Shown: positions 46,572-57,204 of the stretch, piece by piece | How positions within the stretch are numbered: the first letter of the stretch is position 1 | How the letters are laid out: each line of letters begins with the position of its first letter | Assembly: GCA_902594855.1 (NCBI GenBank) | Contig: CACJNS010000001.1 | Location: 561,335 to 625,334, forward strand | Origin: an uncultured SAR86 cluster bacterium | GTDB lineage: Bacteria > Pseudomonadota > Gammaproteobacteria > Magnimaribacterales > AG-339-G14 | DNA: 64,000 bases | Direction: 5' to 3' | Notes under the pieces: generated by a model | Databases searched by the model: none | What the model was told of the DNA's origin: nothing | The model's input: only the letters and a program-made list of their open reading frames with translations | Made by a program: the position numbers and the translations under genes

Positions 46572-48647
46572 TTATTGTAACTTCAAAGGTTTGATATATT
46601 GATTAATCTTTTGTCCAATAGACCCTAGCCCTTTCAATTCAAGATATATTCTAATGCCTTCTTGGCTATATTCGGGATAAAGTTGATCTTGAAGTCTATT
46701 TTGTTCTAAGAACATTTTACGCCAATCTGGTTCTTTGCTTTGCCTAAATGCAAACCCAATCAGTAAACCTTCATCTTCGTATTCTAGTCCAATAAGATTA
46801 TCTGTTACTTTCTTTAATTCAAAATCATAATAGAGTTTGGTAACTAAGGACCAATTTTTTTCTAATCGGACATCAAATCCTGAAGTTAAAAAAGATAATT
46901 TTTCTTCAGGAAGTTGATTAAATAAAAAAGAATTTCTATTTTCCATTTCTAAGTACTCGAAAGAGAAGTACTTATTATCTTGAAAAGCAAATCTTGCCCT
47001 CAGGTCAAAAGAAGAAAAATCCTTATCCTCATCAAATTGAAAGTTTCCATTCAATTCAATATTTTTTTTATCCCATCGCCAATTAATAAAAATAGGTTCA
47101 GGAAGATTATGAAGAGTGAATTTATTTTCGTGTATTGAGTCTAAAAATCCTATTTCGCTTTTGCCTAAAGATCTTGTCAGCCCAAAAGTAAACGAAGTAA
47201 ATGATGATTGCTGAGATCTTTCCCAAAGGAGGCCAAGCTGTAACTGATTTTTATTCAAATTTGCATAGCCATGTTCAAGGCTTGAAGCATAAATGCTGGT
47301 GAAAGGTATTCTTGAAACAAGATAAATTGGATTTACGTATTTACCATCGTCAGTTTTCTTAAAAGAAAAATTAAAAAAAGGTTTTAAATACTCATTTGAT
47401 TTGGCCAAGTTCAGTATAAATCTTGATTCCATTCCTTTTGTGTTAAAAGAAGTATCTCTTCTATCAGAAACATAATGAGTATCGTTAGTGAGAAAAATCC
47501 TTGCATCAAAAGCTGAACTAGAGAATTTATATCCCAACCTTAAATTTAATTTTCCGGCTTGAACTTTTTTGGTTTCCTTGAAAACGAATGATCCGCCTTT
47601 CTCATAGTTAGCTACTTCTCCGTTCAAACTAAAAATAATATTTTCATGAGGCAGAATATAATCAAACGATAATTCTGGGATTGAACGGAATTGATTCTGG
47701 GAGAAAGGATCAATCAATTTAAATGAAAAAGCTCTTACCTGTATTGATGCAGATTCGCCTATCCAGCTCAGATTAAGGTTTTGTGGCAGTGCTACCGTCT
47801 TCTCGTCTCCATATAAATCGCTTCCAAGGTCTCTGATATAAAGAAAATCACTCACATTTGAGTAATCGATATCGATGTATAAGCTATCGGTGATTTCGCC
47901 TGTATGCTTAAAACTTATACCCCAACGGTTGCTATCCGTATTAAAAAGTCTCTCGTAATTAATATCGTTGAATAAAGAAGAGAAGTTAAAAGACCCAGAA
48001 GAGCTCTTAGTTAAATATCTCAAATTAGATGAAAATGCTAAGCCCCTCTCCTCAATGTATCTAGGGGAGATTGTCATGTCGTAATTGCTGGCAAGATTTA
48101 GGTAGTATGGAATTTCTAGATCAAAACCATTTTTATTTGAGTAGGACAATTCTGGTAATAAGATACCTGATCTTTTTTCGGTTGTTAGAGGAAACTTTCC
48201 TGCAGGTAAAATAAATATTGGCGTATCGTAAATATAGAATCTCCCTCCCTGGAAGTTTCCAAAATCTTCTTGAGAAGAAAAACTTAATTCATCGGTTTCA
48301 ACCCACCAAATTCTCTTCTTGCAAGGACATAGAGACATCTCTACCCCTTTAAATTGAGCTTTGTCTTTTTGGATTAGAATTTCATCTGCTTTTCCGTAAG
48401 CATTCCTATCGATTAAATCAAAACTAATGTTCTTCCCGGAAAGAATCTCTTTAGAAGAATCTAAATTAATCTCATCTGCTTGTAAGAAAAAGTCATTAAA
48501 ATAAATTTCTACGGATTCACTCAATTTTAAAACTTTATTTTCGCCGTCTAATTTGGCCTTCCCAGCATTAAAATCAATTTCTTCAAGTTGAGGATAAATA
48601 AGGTTTGAAATGAAAAATAATAGGAGAATCGATTTGTATGACTTCAC
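46572..48647 (-). CDS. lptD: LPS-assembly outer membrane protein LptD
   Basis: Signal peptide, OstA-like N-terminus and a long aromatic/Ser-Asn-rich beta-barrel. Heads the surA-pdxA-rsmA-apaH block as in E. coli. Confidence 0.8.
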   Translation of the reverse strand: MKSYKSILLLFFISNLIYPQLEEIDFNAGKAKLDGENKVLKLSESVEIYFNDFFLQADEINLDSSKEILSGKNISFDLIDRNAYGKADEILIQKDKAQFKGVEMSLCPCKKRIWWVETDELSFSSQEDFGNFQGGRFYIYDTPIFILPAGKFPLTTEKRSGILLPELSYSNKNGFDLEIPYYLNLASNYDMTISPRYIEERGLAFSSNLRYLTKSSSGSFNFSSLFNDINYERLFNTDSNRWGISFKHTGEITDSLYIDIDYSNVSDFLYIRDLGSDLYGDEKTVALPQNLNLSWIGESASIQVRAFSFKLIDPFSQNQFRSIPELSFDYILPHENIIFSLNGEVANYEKGGSFVFKETKKVQAGKLNLRLGYKFSSSAFDARIFLTNDTHYVSDRRDTSFNTKGMESRFILNLAKSNEYLKPFFNFSFKKTDDGKYVNPIYLVSRIPFTSIYASSLEHGYANLNKNQLQLGLLWERSQQSSFTSFTFGLTRSLGKSEIGFLDSIHENKFTLHNLPEPIFINWRWDKKNIELNGNFQFDEDKDFSSFDLRARFAFQDNKYFSFEYLEMENRNSFLFNQLPEEKLSFLTSGFDVRLEKNWSLVTKLYYDFELKKVTDNLIGLEYEDEGLLIGFAFRQSKEPDWRKMFLEQNRLQDQLYPEYSQEGIRIYLELKGLGSIGQKINQYIKPLKLQ

Positions 48648-48750
48648 TTTATTAATTACTTGGAGATAACCATTAGAGATTCGCTCTATATTGGTGATAA
48701 TTTTATCTTTTGGAGGTTAAAATAGAAAATTAATAATATTTGAGGTAAGC

Positions 48751-49608
48751 ATGAGTTTAGAAGGAAAAACACTATTCATTACAGGAGCTAGCAGAGGAAT
48801 TGGATTAGCTATTGCTTTAAAGGCAGCAAAAGATGGAGCAAATATAATATTGGCGGCAAAAACAGCTGAACCTCACCCTAAATTACCAGGAACTATTTAT
48901 ACCGCTGCTGATGAGATTGAAAAAGCAGGTGGGATGGCATTACCAGTAATTGTAGATGTTCGAGAAGAAGGGCAGGTTTTGAGTGCGGTTGAAGAAGGAG
49001 TGAAAAAATTTGGTGGAATTGATATCTGTGTTAACAACGCAAGTGCAATTCAATTAACTAATACCCTTCAAACAGACATGAAAAGGTACGATTTGATGAA
49101 TCAAATTAATGCAAGAGGGACATTTGTTACTTCAAAAAGTTGCCTTCCCCATTTATTAAAGTCTGAGAATCCTCATATTTTAAATATTTCACCTCCATTA
49201 GACATGAATCCAGATTGGTTTTCAGGGCACGTTGCTTATTCAATGGCTAAATTTGGAATGAGTCTTTGTGTTCTAGGTATGGCTGCAGAATTTAAAGATG
49301 ATGGAGTTGCAGTAAATGCACTTTGGCCTAGAACCGCCATAGCTACTGCTGCTGTTAAGAATGTCTTAGGCGGTGAGCAATTAGTTAATATTTCAAGGGG
49401 GCCAGAAATAATGGCAGATGCAGCTTATGTAATTCTTACCAAGCCATCCAAAGAATTTTCAGGAAACTTTTGTATAGATGACACTCTTCTTGCGGAAAAT
49501 GGTGTAAGTGACTTTTCTGTATACGCAGATGTTCCTTTCGATCAATTGGCTCCAGACTTTTTCGTCCCTGAAGATATGCCGCCACCTGAGGCAGCAAAGA
49601 AAAGTTAA
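48751..49608 (+). CDS. SDR-family oxidoreductase
   Basis: LFITGASRGIGLAIA and YSMAK catalytic pair. Confidence 0.75.
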   Translation: MSLEGKTLFITGASRGIGLAIALKAAKDGANIILAAKTAEPHPKLPGTIYTAADEIEKAGGMALPVIVDVREEGQVLSAVEEGVKKFGGIDICVNNASAIQLTNTLQTDMKRYDLMNQINARGTFVTSKSCLPHLLKSENPHILNISPPLDMNPDWFSGHVAYSMAKFGMSLCVLGMAAEFKDDGVAVNALWPRTAIATAAVKNVLGGEQLVNISRGPEIMADAAYVILTKPSKEFSGNFCIDDTLLAENGVSDFSVYADVPFDQLAPDFFVPEDMPPPEAAKKS

Positions 49609-49610
49609 AA

Positions 49611-50579
49611 GTGGATTCCATTTCTGATGACTCTTCTAGTTGGATAAGTTCTTGTTTTAAAACAGAGGAAACCTTTTCCTTTTCAAAGTTAAGAACAGAG
49701 TCCAGCCAGAGAGACTATTTCAGATTTAATTTTCAAGGAAAAACTTTTATTCTCATGTATGCTCCCAAAGGCATAGATGAGAGCATTGAATCTTTCTGTA
49801 AAAAAGCTGATGTCTTTAAATCCTTTCAAGTAAAAGTCCCAGAAATCTATTTTCGTAATGATGATCTATGCCATTTAATTATTGAAGATTTCTCAGATAA
49901 TCTCTATCAATTGAACATTACTCAGGAAAATAGTGACATTTTTATAAAATCGGCATTAGATCAGCTCATTCGAATACAAAATATAGATTGTGATAAAGAG
50001 ATTTTTGATCACTTTGATTTAGAAAAATCTATTGCAAATAAGGACTTATTTATTGATTTTTTTTGCAGGGGGTATCTGAATTTATCAGATTCAAGTATCC
50101 CTTTTGATACTATTGATGAAGGATACAACTTTATTCTCAAAAGGTTCTATGAACTGCCACTGTGCATTTCTCATTATGATTTTGAAACAAGAAACCTAAT
50201 TTATCTTGATTCAAAAGAGACAGGCGTTTTAGACTTTCAGGATGCCATGATTGCCCCTTATGCTCTTGATTTAGCCTCGATTTTCAAAGATTTATATATG
50301 GTCTGGGATAAAACGCAAGTGGATGATTGGTTAGATTACTATAAAAAAAATACGCAAAATGAAGAGATAAAATCTATAGAAGATTTTAAAGAAGATATTG
50401 AATTTTGCGCCATGCAAAGACAGATTAGAATTTTAGGAAAACTTTCCCAAGTATCCATAACACTTAACAGGGACGATAGACTTAATGACTTTCCGGTTTT
50501 AATAAATTATCTAATTGATTCAATGTCACGATACAAAGAACTAAAAGATTTCTCGAAGTTTTTACAGATTTTCAAATGA
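49611..50579 (+). CDS. amgK: Anomeric MurNAc/GlcNAc kinase (AmgK-like phosphotransferase)
   Basis: GTG start. QRDYFRF, LMYAP, ISHYDFETRNLIYL, VLDFQDAM. Followed by murU and adjacent to lptD as in Pseudomonas (from memory). Confidence 0.7.
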   Translation: MDSISDDSSSWISSCFKTEETFSFSKLRTESSQRDYFRFNFQGKTFILMYAPKGIDESIESFCKKADVFKSFQVKVPEIYFRNDDLCHLIIEDFSDNLYQLNITQENSDIFIKSALDQLIRIQNIDCDKEIFDHFDLEKSIANKDLFIDFFCRGYLNLSDSSIPFDTIDEGYNFILKRFYELPLCISHYDFETRNLIYLDSKETGVLDFQDAMIAPYALDLASIFKDLYMVWDKTQVDDWLDYYKKNTQNEEIKSIEDFKEDIEFCAMQRQIRILGKLSQVSITLNRDDRLNDFPVLINYLIDSMSRYKELKDFSKFLQIFK

Positions 50580-51205
50580 AGGCTTTTATTTTATGTGCTG
50601 GTTTAGGGACTAGGTTGAGGCCAATATCAAACCAAATCCCAAAATGTCTTGTTGAAGTTAAGGGTACGAGTCTTTTAGAAAGGCATATTAGAAAGTTGAA
50701 GGAAATCAATGTTTCTGAAATCATTATCAACTTACATCATAAACCCGACGCTATTAAGGAATTTTTAAATCGTAAAAAAAACTTTGGAATCAATATAACT
50801 TTTTCTGAAGAAGACACATTGATGGGAACAGGCGGGGCATTGATAGAAGCAAAAGAGGAGATTGGAACAGAGACTTTTATCTTAATTTCAGGAGACTTAT
50901 ACACCGAATATCCTTTAGAAAGTCTAAATAATAAAGTGGACGGAGCACATTTGATTGCCGTAAAAAACAATAAATCAACTGGAGATTTTTCAATAAACGA
51001 AGGAACAGTTGAAAAAGGAACTGATTTTAACTACGGTGGAATTGCTTTAATTAATCCAACTTTATTGGCAGATAGAAACAAACAACACAAAGAATTTTGG
51101 AAGGACATTATTTTACCTGCCGTGAAGAAAAAGAAAGTATCCGCTGAAATTTACGAGGGTGTTTTAAAAAATATTAATACAAAAGAAGATCTAGATTTTG
51201 TGTAA
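50576..51205 (+). CDS. murU: MurNAc-alpha-1-phosphate uridylyltransferase (MurU-like nucleotidyltransferase)
   Basis: MKAFILCAGLGTRLRPISNQIPKCLV. ATGA-coupled to amgK. Confidence 0.7.
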   Translation: MKAFILCAGLGTRLRPISNQIPKCLVEVKGTSLLERHIRKLKEINVSEIIINLHHKPDAIKEFLNRKKNFGINITFSEEDTLMGTGGALIEAKEEIGTETFILISGDLYTEYPLESLNNKVDGAHLIAVKNNKSTGDFSINEGTVEKGTDFNYGGIALINPTLLADRNKQHKEFWKDIILPAVKKKKVSAEIYEGVLKNINTKEDLDFV

Positions 51206-51214
51206 AATTTATCT

Positions 51215-51883
51215 GTGGCTAAACAGAAAAACATAATTGCTCCTTCAATTCTATCTGCTGACTTTGCAAACTTAGGAAGTGAGGTTGAATCTGTATTAGA
51301 AGCAGGAGCTGAATGGATTCATTTTGATGTGATGGATAACCATTTCGTGCCAAATTTAACTGTAGGCCCCATGGTCTGCAAATCTCTCAGGGACAATGGA
51401 ATAGATTGTCCTTTAGATGTCCACTTAATGGTCAATCCCGTAGATGAATTGATTAAAATGTTCGCAGACGCAGGAGCCACTTCAATCACTTTTCATCCTG
51501 AAGCATCAGAAGATCCAGAAAAATCACTCAAATTAATTTCCGATCTAGGGTGTAGTCCTGGTTTAGTTTTAAATCCTGATATTTCTCTGGATGTTATCAA
51601 GCCATACATGGATGATTTATATATGGTTTTATTAATGAGTGTTTTTCCCGGTTTTGGTGGGCAAGAATTTATACCTGAAGTCATGAATAAAATTAAAGAA
51701 ATGAGAAAAATAATTGATACTTCAAACCTTAAAATTAGATTAGAGGTTGATGGTGGTGTTAAGGAAGACAATATAGGAGAGATTTCGAAATCCGGTGCTG
51801 ATACTTTTGTAGCTGGATCAGCGATTTTTAATAAACCCAATTATTTTGATGCAATCAAAAATCTTAAGAATAATTTTAGTTAG
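51215..51883 (+). CDS. rpe: Ribulose-phosphate 3-epimerase
   Basis: GTG start. [26 protein letters not shown]. Confidence 0.9.
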   Translation: MAKQKNIIAPSILSADFANLGSEVESVLEAGAEWIHFDVMDNHFVPNLTVGPMVCKSLRDNGIDCPLDVHLMVNPVDELIKMFADAGATSITFHPEASEDPEKSLKLISDLGCSPGLVLNPDISLDVIKPYMDDLYMVLLMSVFPGFGGQEFIPEVMNKIKEMRKIIDTSNLKIRLEVDGGVKEDNIGEISKSGADTFVAGSAIFNKPNYFDAIKNLKNNFS

Positions 51884-52253
51884 CTTTATTTGCTTCCCTT
51901 TAGCTGGAGAAGAAAGTCCCTCTAATTTATGCGCAGAAGGATACATTGAAGAAGGAGAATATTGTGTTAAAAATTTGTACAAGCCTGCTGATAGAAGGAA
52001 GGGTCTAATGTATGTTGATGACTTGCCTCCTAATCACATTGTTAAATTTCATTTTCAAAATTTATCAACCAAATGTTTTTGGATGAGAAACACTTCTATC
52101 CCTCTTGATATTAAATTTATTGGATCGAATTCAGAAATTATTGAAAAAGGTATTCCATTTTCAGAAAAAAGTATTTGTCACAGAGCTAAGCTTGTAGTCG
52201 AGGCAAATAGAGGTGAACTCATCGGAAGTAGACAATATGGAAAGCGTTACTAA
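51846..52253 (+). CDS. Secreted DUF192-family protein
   Basis: Signal peptide, then the [15 protein letters not shown] pattern typical of DUF192. Overlaps rpe by ~38 nt. Confidence 0.6.
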   Translation: MMQSKILRIILVSFICFPLAGEESPSNLCAEGYIEEGEYCVKNLYKPADRRKGLMYVDDLPPNHIVKFHFQNLSTKCFWMRNTSIPLDIKFIGSNSEIIEKGIPFSEKSICHRAKLVVEANRGELIGSRQYGKRY

Positions 52254-53592
52254 AATTCCTTTTTTCAAAGAAATTTCAGGAGATCTAGAAACTCCTCTCA
52301 GCATCTATCTTAAATTCATGGATGATAGAAATTCCTACCTTTTCGAGTCAGTTGAAGGCGGAGAAAAATGGGCCAGATATTCAATAATTGGCCTACCTAC
52401 CGATAAGAAAATAGATCTCTCTAAGAATCCTTTGAAGGACATAGAGAATTTTCTCAAACAAAATAAAGCTCAATCAATTCCTGATTTGCCTGATTTCCAT
52501 GGGGGATTAGTAGGATACTTCAGCTATGAAACAATAAGACACATAGAAAAAAAGCTTCAAAATTCAACTAAAGAAAAACTCCCTTATCCTGATATATCTC
52601 TGATGGTTTCCGATGAAGTTGTAATTTACGATAATCTAAAAAAATCTCTTTTTATAGTTGTTCACGGCAACGAGGATACAAAAAAAGAATGTCATGAAAG
52701 AATTGAACTTATTCATAAAAAAATTTTAGAACCCCTACCTTCTCAAAAATCATCCAAAAAAGGAGTTATCAATTTTGAATCATCTGTAAAAAAAGAAGAT
52801 TATCTTGAAGCTATTAAAAAGATAAAAAACTATATCGTTGAAGGAGATGTGATGCAGGTTGTCTATGGGCAAGAATTCTCCACAAAATTTGAGGGATCGC
52901 CAATTGATTTATATAGATCTTTGCGAAAATTAAATCCTTCTCCTTATATGTACCTCATGAAAATTGATGACTTACATATTGTAGGGGCCTCTCCGGAAAT
53001 TTTAGTGAGGCTTCAAAATGAAGAGGTTACAGTGAGACCAATCGCCGGAACTGTAAAAAGAGGAAAAGATAGCAAAGAGGATAAAGAGTTGGCTGACAAG
53101 TTAAAAAGTGATCCAAAAGAAATAGCTGAGCATCTTATGCTAATTGATTTAGGAAGAAACGACGTTGGAAGGATAGCTGAGGTCGGCAGCGTTAAAACTA
53201 CAGAGGAGATGAAAATTGAGAAATATTCACACGTTATGCATCTTGTATCAAATGTTGTAGGAAAAATAAAAAAAGGACTTACTTCTATTGATGTTTTAAA
53301 AGCGACTTTTCCAGCGGGTACTTTATCTGGTGCTCCAAAAATAAGGGCAATGGAAATAATTGATGAGCTTGAACCCGATAGAAGGGGAGTCTATGGAGGA
53401 GCTGTAGGTTATTTATCTTGGACTGGAAATATGGATGTCGCAATTGCAATAAGAACAGCAGTTATTCAAGGAAAAAAACTTAGTGTAAGAGCTGGTGGAG
53501 GTATTGTTTATGATTCTGATCCAGAGAGTGAGTATCAAGAATCATTAAATAAAGCTATGTCCATTATGAAAGCTGTTGAGGAGATGGACTAA
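52237..53592 (+). CDS. trpE: Anthranilate synthase component I
   Basis: LMLIDLGRNDVGR, TFPAGTLSGAPK, GAVGY. The ATG at 52237 is preferred over the track GTG at 52213. Confidence 0.9.
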   Translation: MESVTKIPFFKEISGDLETPLSIYLKFMDDRNSYLFESVEGGEKWARYSIIGLPTDKKIDLSKNPLKDIENFLKQNKAQSIPDLPDFHGGLVGYFSYETIRHIEKKLQNSTKEKLPYPDISLMVSDEVVIYDNLKKSLFIVVHGNEDTKKECHERIELIHKKILEPLPSQKSSKKGVINFESSVKKEDYLEAIKKIKNYIVEGDVMQVVYGQEFSTKFEGSPIDLYRSLRKLNPSPYMYLMKIDDLHIVGASPEILVRLQNEEVTVRPIAGTVKRGKDSKEDKELADKLKSDPKEIAEHLMLIDLGRNDVGRIAEVGSVKTTEEMKIEKYSHVMHLVSNVVGKIKKGLTSIDVLKATFPAGTLSGAPKIRAMEIIDELEPDRRGVYGGAVGYLSWTGNMDVAIAIRTAVIQGKKLSVRAGGGIVYDSDPESEYQESLNKAMSIMKAVEEMD

Positions 53593-54161
53593 TGCTTCTT
53601 ATGATAGATAACTATGACTCTTTCACTTTCAATTTAGTTCAATATTTTGGTGAATTAGGTCAGAAAGTTAAAGTTCTGCGTAATGATGAGGTTAGTCTTG
53701 ATGAAATTGAGGATCTCAATCCAAAATTTATAGTAATTTCTCCTGGTCCTTGTACTCCTAATGAGGCGGGCATTTCGATAGATACAATTAAAAAATTTTC
53801 TGGAAAGATTCCTATTTTAGGCGTATGTCTTGGACATCAGGCAATTGGAGCAGCTTTTGGTGCAAAAATAGTAAAAGCTAATCAAATTATGCATGGAAAG
53901 ATTTCTAATGTGATTCATGATGGCTCAGAAATTTTTAAAAATATTGAAAGTCCTTTTCAGGCAACTAGGTATCATTCATTGGTTATAGACCCAGAAACTT
54001 TGAGCAAGGATTTTTCTGTTAATGCTTGGACAGAAGACGGGACAATAATGGGTATAAAACACAATTCCCAAGAAATTTACGGCCTTCAATTTCATCCAGA
54101 ATCTCTAAAAACTATGGATGGGATGACCATGTTGAATAATTTCCTTAAAGCAAATGATTGA
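53592..54161 (+). CDS. trpG: Anthranilate synthase component II (glutamine amidotransferase)
   Basis: GVCLGHQAIG and QFHPES. Confidence 0.9.
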   Translation: MLLMIDNYDSFTFNLVQYFGELGQKVKVLRNDEVSLDEIEDLNPKFIVISPGPCTPNEAGISIDTIKKFSGKIPILGVCLGHQAIGAAFGAKIVKANQIMHGKISNVIHDGSEIFKNIESPFQATRYHSLVIDPETLSKDFSVNAWTEDGTIMGIKHNSQEIYGLQFHPESLKTMDGMTMLNNFLKAND

Positions 54162-55161
54162 TACTTTAATAGAAAATATTAAAAAAAAGATCAACCTTTC
54201 TTTGGATGAGACGGAACAACTATTTGATAAAATTTTTAAGGGAGAGGTAGATACAAGTTCCCTTACTAGCCTCTTGGATGCTCTAGACAAAAAAGGAGAA
54301 ACCCCTGATGAATTGGCTGGAGCTACTACCTCAATGCGAAAAAATTCTAAATCCATTGATGTTAATCATAATCAAGTCATTGATTGTTGCGGTACAGGAG
54401 GGCTAGGAAAAAAAATGATAAACGTTTCTACTTCTGTCAGTTTTGTTCTAGCTGCGGCAGGCTTGAAAGTTGCAAAGCATGGAAATAGAACTGCAACGGG
54501 TAAGAGTGGTAGCGCTGACTTCTTAGAAGCAGCAGGTATCAATTTAAATGAGTCATCTAAATATTTTTCTGATTCTTTGGATAAAATAGGATTAGGATTT
54601 CTATTTGCCCAAAATCATCATCCAGGCATGAAATATGTCATGGAAGCCAGAAGAATATTAGGTAAAAAAACTATTTTTAACCTCTTGGGTCCTCTATCAA
54701 ATCCCGCCGGCGCAAACATTCAGTCTATTGGTGTTTTTCACGGTAAATGGATAAAACCAATTGGTGAGGCCTTAAGAAATTTGAATTGCAAAGCTGCAGC
54801 AATTTTTCATTCAGATGATGGCTTAGACGAAATTTCTTTCTCTGGTAAAACCCAATTAATAGAATTATCTAAGAGTGAACTTATTACTCATGAAATAGAT
54901 CCAAAAGCTTTTAACATAAAATCTAAAAATCTCTCTGATTTAGAAATAGATTCTCCTCAAGATAGTGTTAGGAAAGTTATAGATTCTTTTGAAAATAAAT
55001 TCTTACCTGGCAAGGAGATAATTTCTTTAAATGCAGCTCCAGCTTTGAAAATATCTTCTGTAGTAGATAATTTTGAAGACGGATACGATCTTGCTTATGA
55101 ACTCATTTCGTCAGGCAAAGCACTTGAGAAATTTGATGAGTTTATAAATTTTAATTCTTAG
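54154..55161 (+). CDS. trpD: Anthranilate phosphoribosyltransferase
   Basis: DCCGTGG and KHGNR. Confidence 0.9.
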   Translation: MIDTLIENIKKKINLSLDETEQLFDKIFKGEVDTSSLTSLLDALDKKGETPDELAGATTSMRKNSKSIDVNHNQVIDCCGTGGLGKKMINVSTSVSFVLAAAGLKVAKHGNRTATGKSGSADFLEAAGINLNESSKYFSDSLDKIGLGFLFAQNHHPGMKYVMEARRILGKKTIFNLLGPLSNPAGANIQSIGVFHGKWIKPIGEALRNLNCKAAAIFHSDDGLDEISFSGKTQLIELSKSELITHEIDPKAFNIKSKNLSDLEIDSPQDSVRKVIDSFENKFLPGKEIISLNAAPALKISSVVDNFEDGYDLAYELISSGKALEKFDEFINFNS

Positions 55162-55168
55162 GTAATTT

Positions 55169-55972
55169 ATGAATCATCTTGAAAAAATTATTCAAAGAAC
55201 AGAACAAAGGATTGAAACTTTGAAATCCACTTTTTCTAGAGAAAATCTTCAAAGTTACGGAAAGGAATATAAAAAAAGAAAATTTGTTGAAACTCTAAAC
55301 AAATCCTCAGAAGAGCAAAGAAATTCTGTGGTTGCAGAAATAAAAAAAGCCTCACCAAGCAAGGGTATTATTAGAGAAGATTTCGATCCCGTCTGGACTG
55401 CCAAGCAATATGAGAAGGGTGGAGCTGCCTGTCTCAGCATACTAACAGAACCTGATTTTTTTCTAGGCAGTCTTGATTATTTATTGGAGGTAAGAAAAGT
55501 CTGTCATTTACCTATTTTGCGAAAGGACTTCATAATTGATGAAATACAAATTTTGGAATCCAAAGCTTTTGGGGCGGATTGCATTCTACTGATTGTTTCA
55601 ATTTTAGATAAAAATAAAATTAAAGATTTTTATCAAATCGCAAAAGAAAATGAATTAGATGTTCTTATAGAAGTTCATGATGAGAAAGAAGCAGAAATAG
55701 CAATGGCAGTTTCACCTGAACTTTTAGGAATAAATAATCGAGATTTGAAGACTTTTGATGTAGATATTAATAATTCGATAAAAATCAAAAAAATGCTACC
55801 TAAAAGTCAATTAATTATCTCCGAAAGCGGCATCTATTCCAGAGACGACATAAATGATCTCAACGAAGCCAAAATTTACAACTTTTTGGTTGGAGAATTT
55901 TTTATGAGAAAAAAAGAACCCTATAAGGCTGTTCAGGATTTAATAGCTTTATCACCAATATCATCTCGATAA
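55169..55972 (+). CDS. trpC: Indole-3-glycerol phosphate synthase
   Basis: VVAEIKKASPSKG, LRKDFI, INNRDL. Confidence 0.9.
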   Translation: MNHLEKIIQRTEQRIETLKSTFSRENLQSYGKEYKKRKFVETLNKSSEEQRNSVVAEIKKASPSKGIIREDFDPVWTAKQYEKGGAACLSILTEPDFFLGSLDYLLEVRKVCHLPILRKDFIIDEIQILESKAFGADCILLIVSILDKNKIKDFYQIAKENELDVLIEVHDEKEAEIAMAVSPELLGINNRDLKTFDVDINNSIKIKKMLPKSQLIISESGIYSRDDINDLNEAKIYNFLVGEFFMRKKEPYKAVQDLIALSPISSR

Positions 55973-57204
55973 AACCCATCTTTCCAGTCTATAGTTTTAA
56001 CTTTTTGATAAGCTAAATTTTTTGAATCTAGCAAAGTACTGCCTAATGCAGTAACGCATAAAACCCTTCCTCCATTGCTGAGAACTTGTCCCTCATGAGT
56101 TTTTGTTCCCGCATGAAAGACTTTTTGGCGTGGATTTTCATTTTCTAAATTATTAATTTCTTTGTTTTTCTCATATTCAAAAGGGTAGCCTTTGGATGCT
56201 ATTACTACGCCAAGAGCTGAATCTTTAGTCCAAGAAATTTCTCTTTCATTTAAATTACCTTGCGCAGCTAGAAGACAAATCTCTGCTAAATCAGATTCCA
56301 TTCTCATGAGAATTGGTTGTGTCTCTGGATCTCCAAACCGACAATTAAACTCCAATACACTAATTTCTGAATTTTTTATCATCAACCCAGCATAGAGAAA
56401 GCCTTTGTAAGTTATTCCCTCTGATTTAAGGCCATCAATTGTTGGTTTTATAATTTTTTTCATTACTTGCTTATGAATTTCCTCCGTCACAATAGGAGCT
56501 GGAGAATATGCTCCCATGCCGCCTGTATTCGGGCCTAAATCATTGTTATCTCTAGCTTTGTGGTCTTGAGAAGAAGCAAAAGGAATGGTTTTTTTACCAT
56601 CGCATAAAACAATAAAACTCGCTTCTTCTCCTTGTAGAAAATCTTCTATAACAACTTTTGTACCTGCAGGGCCAAATATCTTTTTTTGCATAGCATCATC
56701 TAGTGCTTTATGTGCTTCTTCAGCTGAGTGGGCAATGGTTACACCTTTTCCAGCAGCAAGACCGTCTGCCTTAATAACAATAGGAAACTTAGACTTTGAT
56801 ATATACTCCTTTGACTCTTCATAGTCTTCAAAGACTTCATACTCAGCAGTACGGATATGATTTTTCTTTAAAAAATCTTTCATAAATTTTTTTGATCCTT
56901 CAATTTGCGAAGCTTTTTTAGAAGGACCTAAAATAAGTAAGTTATTTTTTTCAAACTCATCAACGATACCTTTCACTAGCGGGGCTTCAGGGCCGACAAT
57001 AGTAAGGTCTATAGATTTTTCAATGGCAAAATCTCTCAGTGCAGATATATCTTCGGAATCAATATTTATATTTTCACACTTATTTTCTCTTTCAGTTCCC
57101 GCATTTCCAGGAGCAATGAAAACTTTTTGAACAAGCGAGCTTTGGGAGATTTTCCATGCAAAGGCGTGTTCCCTTCCACCGTTGCCAATAATTAAGAAAT
57201 TCAC
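55933..57204 (-). CDS. purD: Phosphoribosylamine-glycine ligase
   Basis: LIIGNGGREHA. ATP-grasp core. C-terminus FYRDDIGDKA. Confidence 0.9.
   Translation of the reverse strand: MNFLIIGNGGREHAFAWKISQSSLVQKVFIAPGNAGTERENKCENINIDSEDISALRDFAIEKSIDLTIVGPEAPLVKGIVDEFEKNNLLILGPSKKASQIEGSKKFMKDFLKKNHIRTAEYEVFEDYEESKEYISKSKFPIVIKADGLAAGKGVTIAHSAEEAHKALDDAMQKKIFGPAGTKVVIEDFLQGEEASFIVLCDGKKTIPFASSQDHKARDNNDLGPNTGGMGAYSPAPIVTEEIHKQVMKKIIKPTIDGLKSEGITYKGFLYAGLMIKNSEISVLEFNCRFGDPETQPILMRMESDLAEICLLAAQGNLNEREISWTKDSALGVVIASKGYPFEYEKNKEINNLENENPRQKVFHAGTKTHEGQVLSNGGRVLCVTALGSTLLDSKNLAYQKVKTIDWKDGFYRDDIGDKAIKS

Noticed and set aside
52213-52253. trp leader/attenuator upstream of trpE, and the longer trpE start at 52213.
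   Set aside because: The DUF192 gene runs into trpE, so there is no free leader region and no Trp-codon mini-ORF. The canonical N-terminus begins at the ATG at 52237.
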